DNA of 64,000 nucleotides from Stylophora pistillata (Eukaryota): NCBI RefSeq assembly GCF_002571385.2, contig NW_019218072.1, positions 63,074 to 127,073 of the forward strand, read 5' to 3'. Shown piece by piece: positions 24,948 to 37,997 of this stretch (position 1 is its first letter; each line of letters starts with the position of its first letter). The notes under the pieces were generated by a model. It saw only the letters and a program-made list of their open reading frames with translations, ran no database searches and was not told where the DNA came from. The position numbers and the translations under genes were made by a program.

Positions 24948-26824
24948 TATACTGTTACATAACAAAAAAAAGGAATTTGAGAGCATCAGATGATATGTGA
25001 TATGTAATCAAGATCCATTGGCGAGGCTGTCGAGAGTGTTTAAGCACAGTTAACTCCTTTTATTTTTATTTTTTAGCAGATGTATATAAAATAAGCGTCC
25101 TCAAAATAGATTTGTATAAAGCGTGCTGATTTCACATTAGTAAAACTAAGTAATCATGTCATCGAAATTTTCAGAGGTTGCGAAATTTCCACACCCTTTT
25201 TCAACAGGTCTCGTAGTAAAAAGACGAACAATGAAAGTAACCAAACTTCTTTAGATCGAAAGGCTTACAAAAGCCATTAGGTTAAGTAGTTTTTTCCACA
25301 ATATAGGTGAAAAAGCCCCTTTTGTTCCACCGGAATTGAAAGTGACAAGACTTTCTTTACCGTCCGGGCGTCAAATGAAATAAGTTTGTTAAGCTGCTTC
25401 CGAATTACTAGAGTTTTAATTTCGCTTTTCCCTCTTGAGATACAGTCAGTAAACAAACTTCCATTTAAAGCTATTTTGTAACGAGGCCTCTCTTTGAGCA
25501 ATTGTTATTAAGCTTAGCGCCAAAAACTGAGGTAGAAGAGTCCTGGCCCTTTTTAGTGAAGTTAGCTAGTGATGCTTGAATTTGTTCTTGAAATAGGTAG
25601 CGAACCTTGAAACAACGGAACTCAAGTTTTATGAAGAAATCACATTTACTCAGGTCCTTATTGTTGAAGAATTAAATTACAGGTTCCGGAACATTCTGAA
25701 TATTTGATGTCCAACGCCATTAACCACAATCCTTTGTCTTTTTTTCAATGTAAGATAGTTTCTTTGAAAGGTAGTTGTGAAAAAGCAAGTTCTTTGAAAA
25801 ATCTCCTGCCAATTATTTGAAATAATGTTAAATTCATAAAATTGTATTTGGATTCAACTTTCCTGGTGGCACACTTAGATAGTTAATAAAGTTCCAACAT
25901 AAAAGAAGATGGACTGCCACGTCAGAATTTTCAGTGATTAGGAAATCACAAACCTAGAAATTAAAGATAAGATATTGCTTTCACATGACTGACTAAAGGT
26001 TGTGCTATTCCATAGAAAAGTACAAGAAGTTGCAGTTAAAAAAAAAAAACCAACAAAACTATACTCTGAGTTGCCGCCCTTCTTCAAGATAGATTCAAAC
26101 AGCGTAATTAAGAAACATGAACGAAAGTTTTTGATGATGTACCTAATTGTTTATCACTAAGTTTAAGTTTATTTGTTCCAAAGCTAACAATGGTGGCTAA
26201 TATTTCAATACTTCAATTTCACCGAAATTCAGCAATTCTTTTTTCTTTCCAAGTCGGTGTATTTTTAAAGCAATTCGAACATGATTTTCTCGATGAGAAA
26301 TTGTCCGCATGGCGAACAATCCTGCAAGTTCTGTATAGCTTCTCAGAAACTCTGTGGGTTAGAAATCAGCTGGAAATCGTCAAGCCTTGAGCTGTTCGAT
26401 TGTAAATGGACTTTCGCTACCTCCGTATTTTTAAAATTTCCTTTCTGCTCACTAAGGGCTGTTTAATCGGTGCATGGCACGTTGTACTATTTGGAAACAT
26501 CTGCCATAGGTATTAGCACGCCTTTAGTAGGTAATGTTGTTAAACTAGTTGCTGCATGCATGTACACGTGAAATGCGCGTCCTCTGGGGTCAAGTTGAAC
26601 GTGCGATTATGCGGTGATATATGACCATCCGGTCTTGAATATACATAATGGTCAAAAAATACTACATATGTAACATTCGATGGTTTGGTGACAGAGCGGG
26701 GGCGAGGAAAAGTCTGGAGAAAAGCCCAATGCACATATATATACGATTAAGTGGACGCCAGCTTGATAGTACGTTTCGAGGGTTTAGCCAAGACTCAAGA
26801 TCCGATCGTCGCACATCAATAAAA

Positions 26825-29800
26825 ATGAAATCATTTCTGCTCTGTACAGTAGTCTTTACCTCTCTTCTATCAACATCTATTGCACAGGTAAGTTTATTTG
26901 CTTCTTATTTTACTTTTTTTTCCTATAGGTGTGATTTTCTTTTTAATTTTTCTCATCTGTGTTGCCATGAAAAAAAGTGATTTCGCATGACAGTATTGCT
27001 TTTAAATAATCTAAAACTCTTTGGTAGAAAAATATCTAATGTTTTTGGCGCTCTGTAGAAAGTAAAAACCAAATTTTCCCGTGAATTTCTTTTTGTACTT
27101 TTCAACGTTTGAGTTTAGGAGAAGCAACACCAACAACGAAAAACATCTGTTTTCATTTCTTTTATACAAGAGTTATTGTAAATGCGTTATTTGGACTTTT
27201 AAATCGGAAAGAACAAGATGACTAGCATAATTTTCAATCCGAGCAGGAGATTTATTTGTAATGGTAAAATGGAGAGGAATTTTGCCAATGTAACAAATTT
27301 AGAAATGTCAGTTAACTTATATTAATTGTGCACAGCGTGATGCGGCTATTAATAAAAGCGAATATACCACTGAGACAAAAACCTGCGTTTGACTCAAAAG
27401 AAAACATAGTGCCATGCCGGAGTTGATTGCGAGGTTATTTTGAGGCAAGTTCTAACACAAGGATTCTCTTTTATTGTTTCTTTGTATTTGATTAATGTGC
27501 AGTTATTAAAGAGTTTCTCAAGCGTCATCCATCGAGCTTTGCTTGCCTGCTTTCAGTGGATTTGCATAACTATCAAGTTTGAGCTAATATCTCAAATCAC
27601 TTTAAACATATGTTGTAGGCGGACGACAATATTGCACGTCTACTTTCAAGAGTCTACGGTAGTCATTCTTACCATTATGTTAAAATCTTCCCAACGTCCT
27701 GAATACGGTTTCTATTTTGGTCGCAGAGTGACCATCGAGGAATAAAACATCTTTTTAAGCCCACACGGAGCTCTGCTCTGCGTTGTGGTATCGAGCGGAA
27801 ACTCTGTTTAATGCGCAACTGGTGGTGGCTTGATCAGCATACAAAATGGATAATTCTTTAATGGCAGGTCGACCCACCCATTGGGAAAACTCTGTTATCG
27901 CTGTAGTTGTGTTATTTTTAAATCGAATTTCAATTAGGCCCACCTTTCTTACCTTATTTGTTATTCTAATGCCAGAAAATGCTTACGATTCATTTTGTTA
28001 TGTAATTGGCAAAATTTTGTCAATGTCATCTCTATTTATCAATTTCCTTTTTAACAATTAGTTTCTTCGCCAACGTAAATTCCAATTCTCTTATTTCAAA
28101 ATTCTTTATTTAGGTACAACCATTTGGAAAATGTCAAAATTTGTGAAAGATTGGTGGGGATGTATATTGCGTGAAAGAGAGATTCCAGTTTGTAGTTTGA
28201 AGAGATAATTCAAGTTTTACCCGGTGAGCCAAAATTATTAACTCAATGTGTTCAGTCTTTCCAAAATACTTTTAACAAATTGACAATTCTTCAGTTTTTG
28301 ATTGATGAATTTCTTTTTTAAGAATGCATTACTCAAGTACAATTTTGCATTTCAATAAAAGAATGGAAACGATAAATAATTTGTGCAAAAAGTACACGAC
28401 CCCCGGTAATACTATATCAAAATATTGGTTACCTTTTAATGTTTGTAAGACAGAACAGGGTTTGTGTGTGTATTTTATTTATAAATGATCTTTACCTCAT
28501 TATAGTTATCATGATTATTTTTACTCACGCACGTCTAAACCAGGTTTCGACGTACATGAGAGTTCGCTCTATTTGCACCATGATATATTGATTCCATCAT
28601 GACTTAATGGATGTTTGGTATCTGTGGTGAAAATACCTGACTTTGTTATTTTGTCATAGGCATTTTTTCTCATGTTGTGCGCAGTATTTGAAAACCTCCC
28701 TGACGCGACCGCGCGGTTTTAGAAAAATAACAGGAAAGCCGAAAAAAGTCGTGGCATGCCACGCCAAGACTGGAATTTTTTCTGAGGCTTTTTGCTCATA
28801 AGACAAGTTGGCTCTGTTCAACGATTAAAAGTTAAAGGTGTTTTTTATTTTTCTTGCTGAAAAGCGAATGCAAGTATCAACGTCTTGTAAATTAGTTTTA
28901 TCTTTGCCCAAACCAATACCGAACGAAGAAATGCAAACAGAAGCAATAAACTAGTAAGAGTAAAAAATTTTCTCCAACTCTTAGTCTATGTTCCTCGTTT
29001 CTAGTAAACAAACTGATCTTGGGTTTTGAAAGGCAAAAATCTGTATTAAAATATCTGTAGCTTTTGAAGACAAAGTTGCTCAGTAATAGGGGCTACTGAC
29101 ATTTACTTTTGTGATAAAATTAATGACAATATGCTCTCTCTAATATTTCCCCAATCAAATTTAGCTTGAGAGTGACCCATTCAAGATTCTAAAAATCGAA
29201 TCATTTCCGAAACGGGTGAATTTTATTGTCCATGGATGTAGAACAGGCACACATCAAATATTAAATAAGATCGACACAGACACTTTGCAGAAGGTCAATT
29301 GAACCTATTCGCGAAGTTCGGCGCTACATTTCTATGAAAAGGTGAAAACTTCAGAACACCTTCAGACAGATCGAACTTGATAATATTGTCAAATTGTACG
29401 TTTGAGTTGAACGTGATGTTCAACGTTTGAAAATAGGATGAGACAAAGAAAAAGAAAAGCGTTTTATGATGAATGGAACTTCAAACCTTTCACTTTCAAT
29501 GATTTCTTATAAGACACAAAGCCTCTGAGAGCTCTTTGGCGACTAAGGTCATAAATTTGGTTGAAATGCGAAAAGTATTTTTGTTACTACGGCAATCAGA
29601 AAAGGAGAAATTATCCTGTTCATAAATAGAATGAAAAAGGTGGTGAAATTTGAGGTCAGTGTTTGAATAAGAAAAAAAACCGGCTTACATATATATTTAC
29701 AGGAAATTATATGAGTTTACCGGCAAACATCGAACAAAAAGACAAAATTGAGAATGCATTTTTCCATATTTTCGCACGAGAACAATTCACAAAGCAACAT

Positions 29801-31621
29801 ACTCTAAAAAGTAACAATAAGAAAAAATCTTAACACTGAAATATTAAATTGAGAAGACTGTAAGGATAGATAAAACTGACATATCAATATCATATCACAT
29901 ATCGACGCCAAATTTAGCAAAACCAATAATTAATCTAATGTATCAGATAATTAAGCTATGACGTTGAACAAAAGCGAAAAGACTGTCACACTAGCATCAA
30001 CGAATTTTCGCTTATCTCAGTTGACTTCTCCGGGCCGATTGTTTCTTCAATTTTATTTGCAGCTGCTTTATTCCTCCTCATCCAAGAGAACATAATCAAA
30101 TGAAATATAGGTGTGAATCTTGAGCCGCTTCTTTGCCAGGAACGAGTCGAAATTTGGAATTATGTTCCACCTCAAATGACGATAAGATTAGCGAAAAAGA
30201 TCACGGAAGTAAAGATTTAGCGCGATATTATCATATCTTGTACTTTGAAAAAAATTCAAAGGCTTATCTTTATTTCAGCATTTTGGAGTACTTTTCAATT
30301 TAACTTTGCAAGGATCCGAGAAGGGTTTAGCTTTACTTTCCTATTCGATCAGTTCGCAAACCTTACGTCACCATATTTACCGGTTAGATACAAGACTACA
30401 AATAATTTGGCCGCATTTGCAATTTCCGGCAACAAATTGTCTTGAAAATTCCGAAAGGTATCTAATGAACATCTTGGCCGAGGGGACAGGGCGCGTTACA
30501 CAGCCACAAATTTTACTTTTCACAAGTTTCGCATTTTTTTTTTTTATTATTTATATTTTTTTTCATCTTAGAAACCGTTCGTTAAGTGTTCAAACCATAG
30601 TGAGTGTAGTCCTAAACAGTGCTGCGCTGGATTATCGTCCACATTGAAAGGTGTCTGTCTCCATCAACCACAGCTAAAAGAACCGTGCAATCCCTACATG
30701 AAGGTTGGTGTTAAAAGTCAATGGTATCTGTCGCCGTTGGGGGGAGGGGGGGGAGGGGGGAGAAAAGAAGGGGGAGAATTTTGGGGATCATATGATTTTT
30801 ATGGGGGAAGGTGGGGGGGATCATTCGTCGACAACGCACACTTAAAGCGCTAAGCGAAGTGGGTGTTCGAGACGTCTGCCAGGGGAATTAATAGACCCAC
30901 AAGAGACAAAAGGAACACGAATATAAAGTTCTTTGAAGGCTACATGTCCTCGCGTGAAACCGACAACAAATAAGACTGCGCTTGGTCGGTATTGCCATGA
31001 CCTTGGGCTAATAATACTAGGGACCTTACGAAAACCACGACGGCGACGGTAACGAGGACGTGACAAAAAAAAATAAAAAAAAAAAGATCCGATGGGCAGA
31101 ACAATAGCTTAGCACGTGCTTTTTAAGATTTTGCACATTTCTTAGTCGTCCTCTCAAAACAACAACATGAAATCTCTAAAATTTGCATCGTCTGCGGAAG
31201 GAAACTGCCACGGTGAATTTTTGTAAGATTCCATTTTGAACTCAAAGCTGCTTATATATGTTTCGCTGAGGTTGAGGAATGGCGATATAAGTAACGGTAA
31301 ACACATGAAGCTGTTCTCGAAATTCTAACTAAAAAATAGAAATTCAGTTTTTACTCGAAGTCTTCTCTGGTATTGACTTCCTGACGGACTTAAGGTCCTT
31401 ACGCTCGGTTAGTAAGAAGTTAGTATTATTATTTCACGAGGCTTTTTCATGTAAGAATCATTCACACTCTCTTCTTTTTTATCATGATATAGCCCGGTTC
31501 GATGACAGAGTGTCCCTGTCGACTTGGCATGGTTTGTGTTCCACGAAGAGACAGCTACTCTCGATGCCAGTACATCTCAACTAATCCAGACGAGATCGAT
31601 GAAAGCAGATTACTGCCTTGA
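26825..31621 (+). CDS. Secreted 10-cysteine prokineticin/AVIT-like (colipase-fold) peptide, 107 aa, 3 exons
   Basis: Exons 26825-26887 (signal peptide MKSFLLCTVVFTSLLSTSIAQ), 30572-30703 (KPFVKCSNHSECSPKQCCAGLSSTLKGVCLHQPQLKEPCNPYMK) and 31493-31621 (PGSMTECPCRLGMVCVPRRDSYSRCQYISTNPDEIDESRLLP*). All introns are phase-0 GT-AG. Cys spacing C-x5-C-x4-CC-x10-C-x9-C-x11-CPC-x5-C-x9-C. Confidence 0.88.
31019..31400. mobile_element. PIF/Harbinger-like MITE in intron 2 of the Cys-rich peptide gene
   Basis: Ends AGGGACCTTA.. and ..TAAGGTCCTT, with an ACGACGGCGACGG subterminal motif like the 36465 and 42928 elements. Confidence 0.6.
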
Positions 31622-32151
31622 GCCGAGTTCACTACTTAGTATAGAAAATATTAAAAAATAATTAACAATAAAATTAACTGTATGTAAATGAATTTGTGAT
31701 AGTGATTAATAGTCAGCTTCAGACTATTTCTAAACGATTGTTTACTTCTTTACTTTTTAGTTTGTGTTTATTGTTTGTTTTTATTGTTTGTTTTGAATTT
31801 TTGCGTTTCATCTTTCGTTTCGTTTTGTTTAATTTAATCTTTTTTTTGTCTGCTTTCGCTGTTGTCGAAGTTTACGGGATACTCCCTTATACTTATGAAG
31901 TTTATCACTCCCTCCTCATCGGCAATTAATTGCAATTGGCGGTCAATTTTATGGTAATCCCTCATTTATACTCTATTGGAGACGATTCCCCCTTTCCCCC
32001 TTCGAAAATCCTCCACTTCCCCATCGAAGATAGACTATATTTTTGAAACCCTCCGACTTTAAGAATGGAGAGAGGGAGGGAGGGAAGGGTCAGTAGGTGC
32101 CGATCTTCTCCTCCCCCCCCCCTCCTTATCATGTTCTAGACATTTAATGGT

Positions 32152-32353
32152 TTAACCCTCTAAAGTGACTGGGTTCTAATTTCCCCTTAGAGAATCATCC
32201 CTAAATTAAATTTAATAGTAACCTGTGAATTGATTACCGCATTTAAGATGCTTCCGATTGTCCAAATTTTCTACTTGTCATTTCCACAGGAAATGTATAG
32301 AGATCAGTGTGAAAAATATGAATACTAACGTTCGCTCGCGTGTAAAGGGTTAA
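32152..32353. mobile_element. Abundant ~200-bp TTAA-CCCT..AGGG-TTAA (piggyBac-like) MITE family member
   Basis: TTAACCCT..AAAGGGTTAA ends. Related decayed copies lie at ~2190-2280, 10425-10633, 12400-12562, 19468-19670 and 38225-38395. Confidence 0.6.
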
Positions 32354-32409
32354 ATTGCATTGGAAAGATATACTTTGTTTGAATTTCACTTTATTGATAG
32401 TTTCATCAA

Positions 32410-34340
32410 GTTACTATTTGCCAACTACACCTATATTTTGGGTTTAGCTCCATATTTCCATCAAAATTGCCAAAGTTGAAATCAGAAATCATTTTATTAA
32501 CGGCACGCTCTTTCAACAACAGTTCTCGAAAAGCGTTCTCGAAATCTAACTTCAAATTCTTCATTTTTTTTAAGTATTCATACATCTCCTTTTAGAAGAT
32601 GTTAAAAAGTTCGTTGTTGTTTTAAGTGAAATCTTGCTCGATACCAAAATCATTATCAACGTCGTTTGAAACCTAGGGAGAAAAGTAAGAAAAAAAACAA
32701 TTTATTATTTACCTCTCAGTACTTTGTAATCACGTCATCTGCGATCTATGACTGACGAATTTGTTGAATAGATTCACTTTGATGGGCTCTCGCTTGTGAT
32801 CTATCGGTGGATGGGCGAGTAGATGACTTCATCATCCACAATATTTCGCGTCTCGTGTGCTGCTTTTTCCTCACTTCGATGTCGTTTATAATTTTCTACT
32901 AAACAGACGCGCTGGACATAAAATCTATTTGTAAAATAGTTAACTCTTTTGATAATTAACAACTATTCACCAATCTGGTGACCGAATATACTGTATTCGC
33001 CGCGCCGAATCCGCGCACACCAACTACGCCTGCAAGCCCGCTATCGTTAGCCACCGACACCATTGGTGAACAGTACTTTTTTTTTATAAACTAAACAGTG
33101 GGAAATATAGCACAAAAAGATGCTAGTTACCTCCGAGCAAATTTGAATTTCCGCGCAAATTGCAGAGAGCCTTACCTTGTTCCTAAACATTAGCTACACA
33201 AATGTGGAATTGTTCACCGCAAGTCTCTCCGTAGTCACACTCAAAGTGGTTGAAGCATTCTTTTAAGTAAAAACCCGTTGCTAGGATCCTGCTCGAAGTC
33301 TGAAAGAGAAAAAGTAAAAAACAAAAAAAAGAATATTGCTTGTAGATAGTTAAATCAAAGCTGAGGTAGATACAGACACAAAATTGGAGTGAGCACTTTT
33401 CTGATGAGAGAAGGAGAAACAGTGAGGTAAGAAGAACGACAGTGGACTGTTAACTAGTAATTCTACGCATAGCTTGGTACTAATTAACAGTGCCAGCTAT
33501 TCACGCTCATACGTTAAATAAGAAACAACGACAAAGGCAACAACAAGAAAAAAAAAAACAGAAAATCAATCAGAACAAAAAAAAAAATTAGTAAAAGGCA
33601 AACATAACGCAAAATTAAAGCGAGCAGACATACGAAACAAAACAAAAAAGCAAGATGCAAAATGCAACTTCTCCAGCCCAAAACCCCCGGTAAAGGAGTG
33701 AAAAATATATTTCTTTTTGTTGGTAAGTCGATTTAATTCACCTAACGAGGTAGAAGACAGTTGCATTTACATTAAGCGCGAGAATGGTGAATTTTTAAGA
33801 AAAAGGAATTTTGATATGCCGGGTGCCGATATTCGCTTGCCCTTGTTTTTCCGCAGAGCTCAGACTATCTTCGCCAATAAACTACGAGAGTTTTTGGGTA
33901 AGGTTAATGAATAAGACATCGATCACATGTAATTTTAACTAATTCCGTAGCTATCCCCTTTCTGAGAAATGTGATTTTCAAACTTGTGACGCTCGCAAAA
34001 CGACATATTACAGTAAGTGGACTGAGCGAGGAATTGTATAGTCCTGAAGATAAATGAGAAAACAAATCTTAACAATCCTTTGATAAAATTTTAGTTTTGA
34101 AAAAAAACCTGTGATCCACATGTTTTTCTTTGCCCGCAAAGATCTCAGCGAGTCCGAGTAAGAAGGAAAACACTTGTTGCGCTTATGGTGTCCGAAATGA
34201 ACCTCACCATTGATGCACATTATACATACCTCTCCTTAAAACATCATTTCTGGGCTTAGCTATGGTTGAATGCTGTAGCAGGATAAATATACAAAAGCTG
34301 AAGAAAATCAAGCAAATTTTGGGGAATACATATTCCTTCT
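32410..34340 (-). pseudogene. Possible decayed 3-exon gene for a secreted Cys-containing protein
   Basis: Signal-peptide-like segment ICLIFFSFCIFILLQHSTIAKP ending at a GTATGT donor (34230) but out of frame with the nearest ATG. Exon 33299-33176 has clean splice sites and ECFNHFECDYGETCGEQFHIC. An exon from 32672 has two in-frame stops. Confidence 0.4.
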
Positions 34341-36219
34341 TCTTCTTCTTCTTCTCCTTCTTTGGCGTCAAAGATGACAAACCTTCGGGTCTCCGCGAAG
34401 AAATGAAACTCCCAGGGAACAAAACCTTTTGTTATTCCCTTCTTCTGTTTGGTCAATTTACCGTTGAAATGACAGGACACTAAGTGGACAAGATTAATAG
34501 ACGTATCAATCAATAAAGAAGTAAAATAAATCTTTGGGCTGTAAACGTGCGTTTAGTTTTCTTGGTATTCGTTTAGATACATCAATGGTCGTCACCATTC
34601 ATATGCATTATGAAGCCAAATCATGGAAAAAGAACGTCAGAAACAAACGGTCTTAAGCGTTTTATTCTCTATCGTTGTTTTAAACGAAAAATTTTGGACA
34701 ATAATCCACAGGTTTTGTTCATTTAGATATGACCTAAAATATGATTTTAAGCGAAGGAAAAATGATGGATTACAAGAAATGAATTTAAATTCTTAGAAAG
34801 GAAATTATCTTTATGTGTTGACATTGTCTTTATTTCACTTGAACAAGTGTGCTAATTTTGGAAAATCCTATTGTTATACTTCCTAGTGAAGAAAATGTAC
34901 CGTTCTTAAATTCAATCCTATTCAATTGTATTTGATGAAATAAACGCGCGTTTGGTCGAAGTTGAGAATAATTCGACAGGTGCTATCTTAATGGTTACAT
35001 AGATATCCTCCAGTTATTCGAGATATAGTCTTTGAAATCCGTGTCTGTCAAATCTCTACTATTTGAAGAAATAATGACAATCTTAAAGCGGTGGATACGT
35101 GTTTCGTAATTGACCCAAACTGTCACTCAAAGAAATGGTATTTCTTTAATAAAGATTTATTGCTTTTCGTTTGTTTTGTTTTTTTATGGAAAAGACATTT
35201 TTCGAGACGCGCCCTATTTTGTTGTCTGAAATTCCAAATATTGATAAAAAAACATGTGATTTACTTCAAACAAACGATAAAAGCATGTCCAACGATGTAA
35301 AAGTCCTCAGTTGACCGGCTTTAAAACCCCAGCCTTTATCAAAACACTTTTCGGCTGAACATTGCATGAAAATGTGTGGGAAATGATCGGTAAGCATGTT
35401 ATCGAATTTTCGACTGATTGTAAATTAGAAGCAGGAGGAAATGTTAAAAATATGGTTAAAAAATAAAACAAATATGTGACTACGTATAAAAAAATATCTC
35501 ACAAAAAGAGAGTTTGTTTATCAATGCTTTGTATTTTAAAGAAATAGGTTTGCTCAAGTGAAGACAAAAAAGATTTTCACCAAAATAGCGCTGAAATTTT
35601 ATCACAACAATACGCCCCAAAGTGAAGAAAAAATGTTGATTTTAATAGTACAAAACCGAATTTTTTCGCCTCGTTGTGGCTGTTATTTCAACACGATGCA
35701 TTAGGGAGGTTGGTTGAATCAAGATTCCTTCTTTATGGCCAAAACTTAAAACGTGTTCAGCTGTAGTTTACTTTATAAGGCGGTGAAATAAAAATCAAAC
35801 ATTGTTAGCAAAGAATTGAATGGAGGGCAGCTGTCTCTACGTCAAAAGAGGCATGAATGAGTAGTAATAGAACAGTTTTGAGCCTGATAGTCCGAGAAAA
35901 TATGATCTTTGTTTCATATAACTCAATAAATATATGTGTAATTTACCGGATGGGGTGTCCGTATAGAAAACACCGAACATAGGGCAAATTTTTTTCACGT
36001 ATGGACCAATCTAGACCGGCTAAAAAATTTTTTTCCGCTGGTTTGGTTTTTCTGCCACTTGTCCACGATAGGCGCGGCAAGGACTCTAGACTGTGGTTCA
36101 TTTTGTAAAAAGTAGGACCGGTTACTAGCGCGCGATTAGCCAATCAGATCGTGTTGGCTCATTGCTTACAAACTCTTCTCGTCTTTTCCCAAATTCCACG
36201 TGGGTTATTACGCCGCTTT

Positions 36220-37997
36220 ATTATATGGCTGTGTTTCACAAAGACTGGGAACTACCGAATTCACGAATTTTATTGGCTGAAATCAATATTGAAAGCAGTC
36301 TAGATTTTCCCTTCTAGACCGGCATCTAAACCGGCATCTAGACCGGCATTTAGACCGGTCTAGAAAAAAAAAGTTACAAACAATATAATGTTCCCTTGCG
36401 TTCTAGACACAACCATATAATAAACATCTTATTAACCGAGCTAGGTCGGTCTGTATGTGAGAATAGGGAGCTTAAGATGCAGACGTTTTCGGGGCGACGG
36501 CGACGTGACAACCCAGGGAGACTGGGTCAGAGGTTGCCGTTTTCTCGCCATAATTTAATTAAGATTCTGATGACGGCCGGTCTTTGCGACTTCTGCGACT
36601 TCGTCGAGTTTATTTGTTGCGTTTTATAAATTAAGGCTTTTTGTCCTGAAAAAAAGGAGTCGGAGTTAGAATTAATTTGGAAACAAGAATTAAAGACACT
36701 TTTCATAGAGCTACATTGTGATCAGAGCATCAATGTCCTATGGCTTTAAGATCTTATAATTTGAAATAGGAGAGATGTACAAACAGCAACAGCTCGTTCT
36801 AATATCAATTGGAGTCGTTACAAGAAGTCACTTCCACTGAGTTAACACAGTTAGATGCCATCAGAGATACTCAACTTACGGGAGCTCTTTCACTACCGAA
36901 GAAGCCAGCGGAAAGTCGGATGCGATAAGAACTTTATTTAAGTATATGACGTTTCAGTCCAAGACTACGCACTAAAACGGCTAAGAAAATCTCCATAGAT
37001 CTGAGGTGTACGTTTTCGCATAGTTAGTAGATAGTATGTCTTTTTAATCCAGCCTTAGCCTTGCATTTCTTTTGGCACAACTCGCAAACAATTCCCTCTT
37101 CGTATTGAACTTAAAAATCGAAAGAATTTCAGTAAAAAAATATGTTGCACTACGACCCATGCCGTTGCTAAGGGCATCAATAACTAAAAAGTTTTTGGGC
37201 GAAAATAACGTTTTAAAGGCTTCTCAAAGACTTACAGAGTCAGCTGCTTCGACAAAGTGCTCTTGTAACTCTTCCTCGTTTTCCAAAGTTTCCAATATGG
37301 CATCAAAATCGTCGCCGAAGAAAAATAAGTCGTTCAGGTCCGCCATGTTGTTTTGGTTCTGTGCAGGGTCATTGGTCACATGACGTTCAATCGAAGCTCA
37401 GGGGACAGACAATAGGCCGGCCCTTCGAGGTTTACCGCGTTTCCTAACCAGTCCCCTCTACTAACTATGGTTTTTGAGGTGCATCTACGAATTGATAAAG
37501 GGAATGGCAGCAAGCAAAAATTCCCTTTTATGTTAAGAATTCAAGTACTGTGCGCGTACGTGCCCAAGACTTACCTCGACGATTTGGACTTCACTGTTGC
37601 TTCGGTCATTTTAACCTAACGAGAAAACAAAAGGTCTCTTGAGTTGGCCGAGACATCGTGTGATGATTTGTGCGAAATGTGATAATGCAATCACTTTAAT
37701 ACAAGTGACAAAATAGGCAGTATATTAAATAAAACAAACAAGATCAACTCACGTTTTCACCACGACGGCAAACTCGCTGATCTCACGTCGCCGACGTGAG
37801 GGCGACACTGGCGGGGCCGCATGCGCGGTCAATCTCGCCCCAATCTTAATCGGTCTCCACGTCGCCGTCGCCCTGAAAACGTCTGTATCCTTAAGCTCCC
37901 TAATCTTGATCTCGGTCGCTGGTACAGACCGAACGCAGTGAAGTCTGTACTGGCGACCTCGGTCAAGATTCTCCCATACAGACCTCCCGCTCGGTTA
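36220..37997. mobile_element. Non-autonomous element with subterminal palindrome (Crypton-like), split by the 36465-37901 insertion
   Basis: TAACCGAGCTAGGTCGGTCTGTATGTGAGAAT|CTTGA.. is the imperfect reverse complement of ..TCAAGATTCTCCCATACAGACCTCCCGCTCGGTTA once the insert is removed. Confidence 0.55.
36465..37901. mobile_element. Non-autonomous PIF/Harbinger-like DNA transposon
   Basis: ~43-bp TIRs AGGGAGCTTAAG(A/G)AT..CAGACGTTTTC..GGCGACGGCGACGTG and a 3-bp TSD AAT. There is an internal decayed minus-strand frame (MADLNDLFFFGDDFDAIL..). Confidence 0.82.
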
